Shown in pieces: positions 28,561 through 38,039 of a DNA stretch of 64,000 nucleotides. The stretch lies in the IMG/VR virus record IMGVR_UViG_3300044568_003085; one strand, 5' to 3'. The notes beneath the pieces were generated by a model. The model had not been told where the DNA came from and made no database searches. It was given only the letters and a program-made list of their open reading frames with translations. The position numbers were made by a program, and so were the translations under genes. The DNA is from a virus. Taxonomy: Duplodnaviria; Heunggongvirae; Uroviricota; Caudoviricetes. The number at the start of each line of letters is the position of its first letter. Within the stretch, counting starts at the first letter, position 1.

Positions 28561-28986
28561 TTAAATTATTTTTTGTTCAACAAGTAATTGTTCAACTTTT
28601 ACCCAATCAACAAAAGGTCTATGTGATATACTTGTATCATATTTTAATGGACATCCTAATGCAGAATCATCTATCATTAAATCAGCATAACTTTTAGGAC
28701 TTTCTGTCCAATTATGTTGATCAGGATTAGATTGTACTCCGTGTAAAGGAATATCATTGTCTATGAACCATTGTATTGCATCATTTAAAAATGTGCCTTT
28801 TACATCTGGTGTTATATGTTCTCCTATACTTTTAAAAGTAATTCTATTACTTCTCATTGTAAAAAGAATCAAGTGATGTCCAGCATGAACTAATTTCTTT
28901 AGTACTGGTACAGCACCAATACTTTTCCCTATTTGTGGAAAACTGTGAGTAACACAAGTTCCATCAAAATCAATGTTTATTGTCAT
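28561..28986 (-). CDS. HAD-superfamily phosphatase (141 aa), a possible nucleotidase
   Basis: Motif I DFDGT (INIDFDGTC), motif II Thr (LFTMRS), a conserved Lys, and motif IV DD (LMIDDSALG). Confidence 0.6.
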   Translation of the reverse strand: MTINIDFDGTCVTHSFPQIGKSIGAVPVLKKLVHAGHHLILFTMRSNRITFKSIGEHITPDVKGTFLNDAIQWFIDNDIPLHGVQSNPDQHNWTESPKSYADLMIDDSALGCPLKYDTSISHRPFVDWVKVEQLLVEQKII

Positions 28987-29696
28987 ATAAGTTTTTCTGT
29001 TATTAATATTTCTCTTACTTTTTCTACAAGTTCTTCCATAGTACCGTCATTGAAAATTTCATAATCAAACTTAGCATCATCAAGAGCTGTTTCTGAAGGA
29101 TGTTCTGTAAAAGCTTCTCTACTTAATAAATGAGTTTTACCTGTTTTAGAATGTTTAATAGGAAGTTTTTCTCTAACCACTCTAATAGTAATACCTTTTC
29201 TTTCTACAACAGCTTCCAATTCATTAGGAAATCTAACATCTGTAATAATCCAATTAGGATATACATGTTGGTCAATAAATCCTGCAGCTCTTGTAGGAAC
29301 TTCTGATCTATGAATTTCATACTTATAATCAGCAAATAAAGCATTTACCCATACATTTGTATGTAATCCATCACGCATTGCTTCTGTACCAAGTTTTTGA
29401 AGAAGTTCTCTTACAGACATTAATTCATTAAACAAAAATTTTGCAAATGGTTCAATGTTGTTTAAAGGATTATGTCTTACAGTTCCCCATTCTTCACCAA
29501 GAATAACTTTCTTAAACTCTTGATCTTCAAACTTTTCTACAGGAATACCTGTAAGTATTGATGCAATTGTTTTTAATTTGCCAGCAAACTTTTTGATTTC
29601 ACATGTTTGATCTTTATTTGTATAAAGCAATTTTTGAATTATTGTACCTACTGTATCTTTGCCAGCACCTATTTTACCGTTTATACCTATTATCAT
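28983..29696 (-). CDS. deoxynucleoside monophosphate kinase, T4 gp1-like
   Basis: P-loop GINGKIGAGKDT matches the T4 gp1 pattern GxxxSGKDT. Further matches: RELLQKLGTEAMRD, VWVNALFADY, ITDVR...VVREK and NDGTMEELVEKV line up with T4 gp1 blocks (RRLMQALGTD, YWVKLFALDY, VIHVVR, NDGSLEELFSKI). Confidence 0.8.
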   Translation of the reverse strand: MIIGINGKIGAGKDTVGTIIQKLLYTNKDQTCEIKKFAGKLKTIASILTGIPVEKFEDQEFKKVILGEEWGTVRHNPLNNIEPFAKFLFNELMSVRELLQKLGTEAMRDGLHTNVWVNALFADYKYEIHRSEVPTRAAGFIDQHVYPNWIITDVRFPNELEAVVERKGITIRVVREKLPIKHSKTGKTHLLSREAFTEHPSETALDDAKFDYEIFNDGTMEELVEKVREILITEKLI

Positions 29697-29796
29697 TTTA
29701 TTGGTTTGTTTTTAGTGTTACACGTTTTACATTCAAGTGTTTCAGTATCAAAGTTTTTCTCTGTCTTACACTTATCACAATATTTATATAATGCTA

Positions 29797-30054
29797 TCAT
29801 TTCAAACCATCCATGATGGTTAATAATCTAGATTTTATAACTTTTGAGTCAATGTCAATATTATAAAATCTTCTAAGATACCTTTTTGTCAATTTAACAG
29901 TATCAAGTTTTGTATTTTTACCAGCAACTTTTACTAATGCTTTTAAAATAATATCAATCATAGGTTCGTTATTTAATAATTCAACTTTCTTTTTTAATAC
30001 TTTTAATCTTATTTCAAGATTTAATACATCTTGCATGTGATCATTTATTTTCAT
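29797..30054 (-). CDS. hypothetical protein (85 aa)
   Basis: ORF in the leftward operon. The antisense ORFs 29603..29791 and 29607..29816 are likely spurious. Confidence 0.4.
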   Translation of the reverse strand: MKINDHMQDVLNLEIRLKVLKKKVELLNNEPMIDIILKALVKVAGKNTKLDTVKLTKRYLRRFYNIDIDSKVIKSRLLTIMDGLK

Positions 30055-30065
30055 ATTTATAATAT

Positions 30066-30090
30066 TTAAAAAGGGGTATTTCTACCCCTC
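30066..30090 (-). terminator. intrinsic terminator on the - strand: GAGGGGTA, loop GAAA, TACCCCTT, then TTTTAAATATT
   Basis: 6-bp stem at 30073-30078 / 30083-30088 with a T-run on the - strand, immediately downstream of the 30100..30912 stop. Confidence 0.55.
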
Positions 30091-30099
30091 TTATAATTA

Positions 30100-30912
30100 C
30101 TAAAATGGAAGTTCTACATAAATTTCTTCATCAATTGTTTCTGGTTCTTCAACTGGATAAGTTGCTTCTTCTGTTTCAACAGCAGGATCAAAATTAAATG
30201 CATCTGAAAATACTTGATGCATTTTAATATGATCATCCATCCAGGTAGAAGGATGCGCATCTTTTAATGCAAGAGAAATATGATTATACAAAACCCACGC
30301 GCTTCCTTCATGAGCATCATAATTAAAACTTGGTTTTTCCATTTCTTTTTTAATCATGTTTAACTGCATAGTAGTTAAAATTTGTTCTTCAAAAAATAGT
30401 TTACCAAGAATAGTATACATTAAACTATCAGAAATTAATATATCTTTTAATTTATGTTTATGTTCTACAAGTGTAGACCAGTATTCTTCTGAATCTTTTA
30501 TAAATTCAGATATTTTACCAGCAGCAAGTAAATCTGCAGCACCTTTGTGAACGCGTTTATATGCACCAAATTTAGAATTTGATAACATCATACCGTTCAT
30601 ACATACTTTTACCAATCCTCCAAGCGAGAATCTAAATGCATATTGTTTATTATACGAATTCATAAAGTTTGCAGATAATTCAATATCTGGATCACTTTTA
30701 TAATTCAATTTAAAATTTCCAATTGCTACAGTACCATCTTGTGTACATCTGTAATCTTCGCCAGTTATAATATACCCTGCTGCAGTTATTTCAGTTCTCA
30801 CACGATTGACAACATCTTTGTGAGAAATAGGTGTATAAGTTTTTGTTTTTTCTGGTAATGGTGCACTTAGCATTTTTCCATAGGCAACCATGCCATTTAT
30901 TGTTCTTTTCAT
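30100..30912 (-). CDS. hypothetical protein (270 aa), possibly a ssDNA-binding protein given its acidic C-terminal tail (...IDEEIYVELPF)
   Basis: The C-terminus resembles the acidic DDDIPF-type tails of SSBs. It sits directly downstream of the DNA polymerase. No OB-fold signature was verified. Confidence 0.55.
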   Translation of the reverse strand: MKRTINGMVAYGKMLSAPLPEKTKTYTPISHKDVVNRVRTEITAAGYIITGEDYRCTQDGTVAIGNFKLNYKSDPDIELSANFMNSYNKQYAFRFSLGGLVKVCMNGMMLSNSKFGAYKRVHKGAADLLAAGKISEFIKDSEEYWSTLVEHKHKLKDILISDSLMYTILGKLFFEEQILTTMQLNMIKKEMEKPSFNYDAHEGSAWVLYNHISLALKDAHPSTWMDDHIKMHQVFSDAFNFDPAVETEEATYPVEEPETIDEEIYVELPF

Positions 30913-30913
30913 T

Positions 30914-32890
30914 TTAAAAGAGACTTAATTGTTGATTCATTTTTTCTTGAGGTAATATTGTAGAAGAATTTTCTACTTTTTTTATCTCGTCATATATTTT
31001 ATCTAAATAATATTTTTCATTTACATCATAATCTAACCATTCTTTTTCTTCAAACTTATTAAATATAGTTTGCATATGCTTACCACTTTCAAGTTGAATT
31101 TCGCGATGGTCTGGATTACATTTAATTAGTTTTACACCATTGTTTGAAATATAATATCTGATTAACTTTTGAAGTTTTTTAACTTCGTATACACCATCTT
31201 TTACTGCTCTTTGCTCAAAGTACCAATCACCTTTTAATTTTGCTCCTGCACAATAATCATAGATTTCTCTATTTTCTTCTAAGAACACTTTAGGATCAAT
31301 TCCTTTAATAAAATATGCATACAAAGCTTTAGGTATTATCAAGTGTGATTTATTTTTATGAAGTGCCAATTCTTCATATTCAAAACGACCTTTGCACTTT
31401 GTTTTGCCATCAGTATAAACTGCAATGTAATTGTTTACATCACCAATAATCATTTTGTCATATTCTACAGTTTCAAGTTGTAAAGATGTCAAATCTTCCC
31501 ACTCTTTGCAGATTTCATAAAATAATTTTTCATCTTGTTCATCAACCAAAAATTCCAAACCATCAGTATTTTGCATAAGTGGTTGAGCACTAGGTATTCT
31601 AGTGGCAATCATTTCATACAGCATAGATAGTTGTAATTGACCATTGATAGTAATCCTAAAAGTAAATTCAGGATCGTACAAAAATGAATATTTATTTTTA
31701 CTTAATCCATAAGTAGAATTTAGTATAATTTTAAATAGATAATTCAAAGGAGATGTTTTTGGATATTTCTTTCTTTCTTCAAAAAACCATTCATATAATT
31801 CACAAAAATCTTTTTTAGGTATATGAGCTGGAGACCATTCATTTTTAATTGCAAGATTTGGATAAAAAGAGGTAACATCTGCAGAAAGAATTTTCTTACC
31901 GTTACCTGCTTTATATATACCAGATCTAATACAACCATGGAGACCACCTAGTCCATAATCTGTAGGAACTCCTTTGTACATCATTCTATACTTAGGACCT
32001 TTTGTTTGTGTTTGTTCAATATCAATTGTTGTGTTTACAATTTGACTTTTAAACCAGTTAAAAACACCTGTAAATTCTGGTGTAGTAAAACTAATCATAG
32101 GAAGAAGAATATTTCTGACAACTACGCTATCGCGTTCTGTTCGCATTACTCTAATTGCTTTCTTGTCTTTTTGTAATTTTTCAGATAAAAAGTGTAAAAA
32201 TATCTCTTTACTGATTCTTGGCTCACTAGCAGAAAGTAAATTCAAATTATATGTTGCACTTAACTCTGCTCTTAAATTGATTTGACTTGCCATTACTCGT
32301 TCTCCTTTAGAATTACGAAGAACAAATATTTGTTTTGTTGACCTAACATCATTTATACAATAACTAATAATAGAATCTAATGATTCATCATTTAAAACTG
32401 GCTGTGTATGATGATGTGGCATTTCTTCCACACTAAACCAATCCATAGAAAATTGTATCCACTTTAAAGAACATCTTTTTGCCATACCATCCCAATGATT
32501 CAACTTAAATATGTCTACACATTGAATAGTAAGTTTAAATTCTGGATAATCTAGCCATTGACCAGTGTTGGATTTTTTAATTACTTCTCCAGCATATTGA
32601 GCAATTGTACCAGAAATATCATTAGATGATAAGCGTGACATTTCTTCTCTGTTTTCAAGTATGAATTCAGTTATTTGAGCATCAAATGCTAAATTATTAT
32701 AACCAAGATGCCAATCTTTATGATCTATGTTGTCATCTAAAAAAGCAAGAAACTTTTTAAAATCATTTTTGTCTCTATTGATGACAAAAGTATGAGTTTC
32801 ATCAGAATCATATGCTCTAAATACAGCAACAAAACAATTGACAATTGTTTCATAATCCATTACCCAAAATATTCTATTACGCTTTTCCAT
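30914..32890 (-). CDS. DNA polymerase, family B (compact, 658 aa, phi29-sized)
   Basis: Exo I VMDYETI, Exo II YNNLAFDAQI, Exo III YCINDV, motif A DVTSFYPNLAI (DxxSLYPS), motif B KIILNSTYG (KxxxNSxYG), motif C-like QNTDGLEF. Confidence 0.85.
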   Translation of the reverse strand: MEKRNRIFWVMDYETIVNCFVAVFRAYDSDETHTFVINRDKNDFKKFLAFLDDNIDHKDWHLGYNNLAFDAQITEFILENREEMSRLSSNDISGTIAQYAGEVIKKSNTGQWLDYPEFKLTIQCVDIFKLNHWDGMAKRCSLKWIQFSMDWFSVEEMPHHHTQPVLNDESLDSIISYCINDVRSTKQIFVLRNSKGERVMASQINLRAELSATYNLNLLSASEPRISKEIFLHFLSEKLQKDKKAIRVMRTERDSVVVRNILLPMISFTTPEFTGVFNWFKSQIVNTTIDIEQTQTKGPKYRMMYKGVPTDYGLGGLHGCIRSGIYKAGNGKKILSADVTSFYPNLAIKNEWSPAHIPKKDFCELYEWFFEERKKYPKTSPLNYLFKIILNSTYGLSKNKYSFLYDPEFTFRITINGQLQLSMLYEMIATRIPSAQPLMQNTDGLEFLVDEQDEKLFYEICKEWEDLTSLQLETVEYDKMIIGDVNNYIAVYTDGKTKCKGRFEYEELALHKNKSHLIIPKALYAYFIKGIDPKVFLEENREIYDYCAGAKLKGDWYFEQRAVKDGVYEVKKLQKLIRYYISNNGVKLIKCNPDHREIQLESGKHMQTIFNKFEEKEWLDYDVNEKYYLDKIYDEIKKVENSSTILPQEKMNQQLSLF

Positions 32891-32921
32891 TAACTTTTAA
32901 TATATATCCAGAATTACATTC

Positions 32922-33308
32922 TTATTTTATTACTTCATCAATAATTTTTAATGAGTCATGATCAGGGTTAATTGCAAAAGCATTAATGAAATCTTTTATA
33001 TCTTCAATTTTGTCAAGATAATATTCATAATACGTTTCCATCATTTTTCTTTCCTGGATGTATTCTGGTTCAACACCAGTTGAAGAAGTTCCTGTTTTTT
33101 TAATTACAACTTCACCTCTATCATTTAGTTTTGGAAACATGTTTGGTTTCTCTTTAAATTCTTTACTAATAATAGCAAGAACTTTTGTAGTAGGATCATA
33201 AATAACCTCATTAAAAGGACATTCTTTTACTACTGGTAACATTCTAAATGTTTGATTGCCATACCAGTCAGTTGAATAGACAATCATGTTTTTAAATTCT
33301 GTAATCAT
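32922..33308 (-). CDS. hypothetical protein (128 aa)
   Basis: ORF in the operon, no motif. Confidence 0.5.
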   Translation of the reverse strand: MITEFKNMIVYSTDWYGNQTFRMLPVVKECPFNEVIYDPTTKVLAIISKEFKEKPNMFPKLNDRGEVVIKKTGTSSTGVEPEYIQERKMMETYYEYYLDKIEDIKDFINAFAINPDHDSLKIIDEVIK

Positions 33309-33331
33309 ATTTATTTATATTTGGTTTTAAA

Positions 33332-33880
33332 TTATAATTGTACTTCTGGTTGAACAACTTTACAAGTCTCTTTGTCTAAATCATATTTCTCACAAAGTTC
33401 TCCAACTGCTTTTAAGTCATCTATGTCAACTTTTAGTATCTCAGCATAAATTTTGAAATACTTTTCTGGATACAAATAAGACTCCATAAATACCCATTCA
33501 GGTGTATGAACACCATAATAAGTACTTAAAATCTTTTTGGAATTTTGTGATATTTTTGAATATTTTGCATTGCAAAATGAATCAAAATCTTCTGCAATTG
33601 TATTAAAATCAAATACATATGCAATTAGATTGTCATCAAGTGGCAAACAAGATTCAAGCATTCTATGACATATTAAATAATCTTGTTCAAAACGTATCCA
33701 TTCTTCTGTATCTAATCTTTTGAATATGCAGATTAATTTACGCGATGACACATCACAAATTCCTTCCCATTCAACATATGTTTGTAAAGGTTTGTGAGTT
33801 TTGTGTTTTTTAAATCCTAATAATGGATATAAAAAGTTATAAGACTTTTGAAAATATTTACGATATATATCTGTTATCAT
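33332..33880 (-). CDS. hypothetical protein (182 aa)
   Basis: ORF in the operon. Its start overlaps the upstream gene by 4 nt. Confidence 0.55.
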   Translation of the reverse strand: MITDIYRKYFQKSYNFLYPLLGFKKHKTHKPLQTYVEWEGICDVSSRKLICIFKRLDTEEWIRFEQDYLICHRMLESCLPLDDNLIAYVFDFNTIAEDFDSFCNAKYSKISQNSKKILSTYYGVHTPEWVFMESYLYPEKYFKIYAEILKVDIDDLKAVGELCEKYDLDKETCKVVQPEVQL

Positions 33881-34920
33881 AAAACAAGCTCGTTATTAAT
33901 TAAAAATTGGTATGGTAAATCAAAACTTCTATTGACAAAATGATAATCTGCTTGATTTAATAGTGTTTCAGTTTTTACAACCCATTCTTTTAGAGTTTTA
34001 TCTGAAACTCTAATTGGTGCAATTTGCAAATAGTTATCAATTACAATAAATCTAAATTCAAATTTGTAATCTTTATATTCTGGTTTAGATAAATAAACAT
34101 TATCTACTAACATATAGTACATAGATGCTTGCATCCAGTATCTGTAATATTCTATTGAGTCTACAAATGAACCAATATCTTTGCTTGATTTTTTTAAATC
34201 ATTTACAAATATTGTTTTATTAGTATAATCAATAACTAAATTGTCAACAAATCCTCTTAATCCAAACATTGGATATTTTTCATCAATTGCAGCAAGTTCT
34301 ACTTCATTTTGTATTTTAAGATCTTGACCATAATCTGGTCTATATCCCATTACTTTCATGACAACATCATTTGCTTTTATTTCTTCTACTACTGCAACAC
34401 ATTGTTCATATACAGTTGGATCAACAATTTGTTTTCCTTCTGCATTTTTTAAATATTCCCAGTAACTAACATGTTTTTCAATGATAATTTTTTCAATTCT
34501 TTGTGCATCAGTTTTTAATGACTGATACAAATTCATATCTTTTAAAATATCAAGTATAGCGTGCTCAAAATGTTCAAGATGAACTCGTGGATCACCAGCA
34601 GTATTTAGTTCTTTATAGTGGTTGTATAGTCGTTGCAGAACCTCTTTTGGATTGTCACTTGGAATATCATTAACACTTAATACAAATTCTTTGTCAAAAT
34701 CATCAGGATTTAAAAATAAACAATGAATTAACTTACCTTCAATAGCAAATTTATCACTTGAATCATCTCTTTGTCCCATTATGTAATGTAAATAAAATAA
34801 CCTTGGACTATATAATAACTTATTCAATCCTGAATAAGACATCATAAAATTTTTGTCAAAAAACTCTTCTTCTTTTTGAATCTTTGTTCCCGTAGTGGGA
34901 AATAATTGTAATCCTTTCAT
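33877..34920 (-). CDS. putative PD-(D/E)XK-family nuclease (347 aa; lambda-Exo/YqaJ-like?)
   Basis: Candidate catalytic triad: E in NEVELAAIDE, D in GFVDNLVID, then VNDLKKS (D-x-K). The N-terminal SYSGLNKL resembles the YqaJ-type S-A-S motif. Functional confidence is about 0.4. Confidence 0.6.
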   Translation of the reverse strand: MKGLQLFPTTGTKIQKEEEFFDKNFMMSYSGLNKLLYSPRLFYLHYIMGQRDDSSDKFAIEGKLIHCLFLNPDDFDKEFVLSVNDIPSDNPKEVLQRLYNHYKELNTAGDPRVHLEHFEHAILDILKDMNLYQSLKTDAQRIEKIIIEKHVSYWEYLKNAEGKQIVDPTVYEQCVAVVEEIKANDVVMKVMGYRPDYGQDLKIQNEVELAAIDEKYPMFGLRGFVDNLVIDYTNKTIFVNDLKKSSKDIGSFVDSIEYYRYWMQASMYYMLVDNVYLSKPEYKDYKFEFRFIVIDNYLQIAPIRVSDKTLKEWVVKTETLLNQADYHFVNRSFDLPYQFLINNELVL

Positions 34921-35394
34921 TTACTTACAGTTTAGTAAATCTTTTGCGAAATATTTTCCTAGTATATTACCATTATAACTATTACTAGTTAACACATCAT
35001 TTTTTATTTGAAGTGAAAACTCACAATAATTCAAGTATTTTTTAGTACAACATAACTCAATGATTTCTCGTTTATACATTGATTTTCCTTCAATCTTGAT
35101 TTCTGCAGTTAGTTCTTTACAACTACCCCAGTAAGATAACCAATCTGAAGATTTAGAAACTAATTTAGTTTTTTTTCTAGTACCAGTTTCTAATTTTTCT
35201 TTTTTTGTAATTGCTGTTTTTCTAGTAAACTGCAAACTTTTTTTGCCAATATAAAACTTACCTGTCTTTAAGTGAGTTATTTTGTAAACAAAACCTATAA
35301 GGTTTTCATAGTTTGGTAAATCTTCAATTTTTGTAATTACTTTGTACTTACTTGAAGGTAATATCCAATTTTCCATAGTGTTGATTTTTGACAA
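34921..35394 (-). CDS. GIY-YIG endonuclease (157 aa, free-standing homing-endonuclease-like)
   Basis: GFVYKITHLKTGKFYIGKKS matches the GIY-(x10)-YIG pattern. Confidence 0.7.
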   Translation of the reverse strand: MSKINTMENWILPSSKYKVITKIEDLPNYENLIGFVYKITHLKTGKFYIGKKSLQFTRKTAITKKEKLETGTRKKTKLVSKSSDWLSYWGSCKELTAEIKIEGKSMYKREIIELCCTKKYLNYCEFSLQIKNDVLTSNSYNGNILGKYFAKDLLNCK

Positions 35395-35396
35395 AT

Positions 35397-36428
35397 TTAG
35401 TAAACTAAATCACTATTATCAAAAAATTCTTTGTTTAACTCTTTATATTTTGCAATTGCTTTATCTAAAACTGGTATTAAAGTATACGCAGCTCTAGTAA
35501 TACCATGCACTTTTACAATATCACTAAAATCTTTTTCAAGTGAAATATAACAGAATGGAAGATTATGTGTATCCAAGTAGTAATTCATACTTGTAATACC
35601 TGCAGTGTCACTATCCATATAGGTTACAACTGCTTCGTAGTCATTTTTTAATGTGTCAATAAGTTCATAAGAAAGTTTTGTGTTCTCACTATCTGGTGCA
35701 ATAACATCAACATCTAATCCAGGTATACTTTTAATTGACATGCAATCTTTCAATGAAGAAGCAATAACTAAAAATCTTTTTCCTTCAAGTTGATCATAAC
35801 CTTGTACATAATCTAACAATTTTAGAAACTTTTTGTTACCGTTTTTAGGTTGGTAAATTTTGTACATCTCGTTGTACTTTGTAGCGTACAAATAAACATG
35901 CTTTTTTTGTACAACAAACTCTTCTTCAGTATTAATATTACCTACTTGCTTAGTCATAATATAACTTCGCAAAGGTATTACATTGTACTGCTCAAGCAAT
36001 TTACTACTAATATTGAACTGTAACCAAAAATCTGCATCATCTTTAGTCCAATCTCTGATAAAATAATCAGAAACTATCCATTTTGTTTCTACAAATTCTT
36101 TTTGTTCAACTTTGTTACCAGTTTTCAAAAACTTTTGATAATCATCAATAATTTTAAATACTGCAGTTGTATAATCAACATTCCAAATCTTTGCCATCAA
36201 ATCTGTTGCATTACCAGATTTACCAGTAGAAAAACATTTATATCTATACTTGCAAAGATCTTTGACATAATATAAATACATAGAAGGATCTCTATCATCT
36301 GGATTAAATAAACTTTTCATTCTAAAATTCTGACCTGTTAATTTTACAGGTAGATTTAAATAGTTTTCTAAAATCCAATCAGAAGGAACATCTTCCACAC
36401 TTCCAATAAAGTTGTTTAAACTAAACAT
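35397..36428 (-). CDS. DnaG-like primase (TOPRIM domain; degenerate N-terminal zinc-binding region)
   Basis: YMDSDTAGITS gives the DxDxxG TOPRIM motif, preceded by a candidate first TOPRIM strand (FLVIASSLKD). The N-terminal region KSLFNPDDRDPSMYLYY...YKCFSTGKSGNATDLM resembles the CHC2 zinc-finger layout with the Cys residues replaced. Confidence 0.6.
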   Translation of the reverse strand: MFSLNNFIGSVEDVPSDWILENYLNLPVKLTGQNFRMKSLFNPDDRDPSMYLYYVKDLCKYRYKCFSTGKSGNATDLMAKIWNVDYTTAVFKIIDDYQKFLKTGNKVEQKEFVETKWIVSDYFIRDWTKDDADFWLQFNISSKLLEQYNVIPLRSYIMTKQVGNINTEEEFVVQKKHVYLYATKYNEMYKIYQPKNGNKKFLKLLDYVQGYDQLEGKRFLVIASSLKDCMSIKSIPGLDVDVIAPDSENTKLSYELIDTLKNDYEAVVTYMDSDTAGITSMNYYLDTHNLPFCYISLEKDFSDIVKVHGITRAAYTLIPVLDKAIAKYKELNKEFFDNSDLVY

Positions 36429-36449
36429 ATTACTAAGAATTAAATTAAT

Positions 36450-36477
36450 AAAAAAGGGTAAACATTAAATCTACCCT
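36450..36477 (-). terminator. intrinsic terminator on the - strand: AGGGTA, 11-nt loop, TACCCT, then TTTTTT
   Basis: Stem 36455-36460 / 36472-36477. The - strand reads AGGGTAGATTTAATGTTTACCCTTTTTT downstream of the 36503 stop. Confidence 0.5.
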
Positions 36478-36502
36478 AATTTATTAACTATTGAATTAAT
36501 AA

Positions 36503-37240
36503 TTATGGAAGTTGTAAATCACTTACATTATCTTCAAAAACAGGTGAACTGTTTGCAGGATTGAAGATGTCTTCAGAAACAGGTGCTGGTGAAAACTCAC
36601 TCACTGTTTCAGATGCGTCTTCAGAAACTTTTTTCTCATAAATGTGAACAGCTTCGTTAAACGTAAAGAAATTAGGATTATCTTGAGTCATTGCATACGC
36701 ATATTTCCCTTCAACTCTTTTTGGTAAATATAAAGAATAGTTTGGAAAGTCAGAACCATCTTTAAAATACTTTTGTCCACCAATTGTGAAATACATCCAG
36801 AAATCAGGTTTGCAAACAAAACTTTTTACTGCTGCAACCAAGTCTTCAATTGTAAGACATTCAATTTTAAGCGATTGAAACTTGTCTAAAATACCCATTT
36901 GAGTTAAGAAACTACCTAGATAAGTTTGAATAGATTCATCTCTTAAGATGTTTTTACCTTTGTAAACCCAGTCTTTGAAACCAAATTGACCACTTCTTAC
37001 TGAGGCAATTTGACCTTTATAGTTTCCTCTTGCAGGATTATTTCTATCAACTTGGATACCGTCAAATCCATCACCTATTTCTTCACCTTCTAATACAAAT
37101 ATTAAATTGTATTGGTCCTTGTCATAAGGAGGTCTTTCTAATTTTAAATCTATAATTCTACACTTGTGTGTACCTGGTAATAAGATTTTTGATACATAAT
37201 TACCTTCTGCTGGATTGAAATCATTTAAACTAAACGCCAT
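36503..37240 (-). CDS. hypothetical protein (245 aa)
   Basis: ORF between the ATPase and the primase. The C-terminus is acidic and Ser/Pro-rich. Confidence 0.6.
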   Translation of the reverse strand: MAFSLNDFNPAEGNYVSKILLPGTHKCRIIDLKLERPPYDKDQYNLIFVLEGEEIGDGFDGIQVDRNNPARGNYKGQIASVRSGQFGFKDWVYKGKNILRDESIQTYLGSFLTQMGILDKFQSLKIECLTIEDLVAAVKSFVCKPDFWMYFTIGGQKYFKDGSDFPNYSLYLPKRVEGKYAYAMTQDNPNFFTFNEAVHIYEKKVSEDASETVSEFSPAPVSEDIFNPANSSPVFEDNVSDLQLP

Positions 37241-37271
37241 TTTTTCTAATTTTTAATTGTTACTTTTTTAA

Positions 37272-38039
37272 TTAATCTATAAATATTTGATCCCAGTGTG
37301 TTACAATAGTACCATCTTCAAGAGTTTCAGAGATAACAATCTCTTTATTTCTCAAGTGTTCTGGTCTTGCACCACATAGAATATCATCTTGTGTTTTAAA
37401 ACTCAAGATATTTTTGTCTCCTTTTCGCACTAGATATCCAATTGCATCAGATTTTGATGTTGTTATATCTTTTAATTTACCTGTAAGATTTAGATCTAAA
37501 GAACTAAAATCATTACCATTTTTAGATAACAAAGTATCTTTTACGTGTCCTAATAAAATAATATGAGGTGCTAGATTTTTAATTCTTGCAGTCATTTCAT
37601 TAAATGCTTGACGTAACCATGGATACCCTGCACCATTAGCAAGATTTAATATGTTACCATATTTTGCTTTACCAGTTGTTTTCCATGTTGAACCCATAGG
37701 TGACAAAGAATACAAATGTTCTGCGTATGGAATACACATATCTTCTAAAGCAGTAATGGTATCTAAAGCAATGTACTTGTAAGGTTTACCAGCTTTAATA
37801 ATAGCAGCTTCTATGTCCATTAATTCTCTAACATTGTTTGCTTTGATTTTCATTGCATCAACATAATCAGAACCACCTTCTAAATCTATTAATAAACAAT
37901 TTGGTAATTGTGACAATAATGTTGTCTTACCAGTTTTTGGTTTACTAAATATGATTAAATTTTTAGGACTTTTAACTACTGATTTTACAGTTGTTGTAGG
38001 TAATACTAAACCTTCTTTTACTTCTGTTGTACTTGCCAT
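37272..38039 (-). CDS. AAA_24-type (Sak4-like / RecA-fold) phage ATPase
   Basis: Walker A IFSKPKTGKTTLL, Walker B-like IALDTITALED, size 255 aa. Confidence 0.7.
   Translation of the reverse strand: MASTTEVKEGLVLPTTTVKSVVKSPKNLIIFSKPKTGKTTLLSQLPNCLLIDLEGGSDYVDAMKIKANNVRELMDIEAAIIKAGKPYKYIALDTITALEDMCIPYAEHLYSLSPMGSTWKTTGKAKYGNILNLANGAGYPWLRQAFNEMTARIKNLAPHIILLGHVKDTLLSKNGNDFSSLDLNLTGKLKDITTSKSDAIGYLVRKGDKNILSFKTQDDILCGARPEHLRNKEIVISETLEDGTIVTHWDQIFID

Noticed and set aside
29603-29816. Plus-strand ORFs 29603..29791 and 29607..29816
   Set aside because: They are antisense to the dNMP-kinase start region and the 85-aa gene. Their translations are hydrophobic junk (FY-rich) in mutually overlapping frames.
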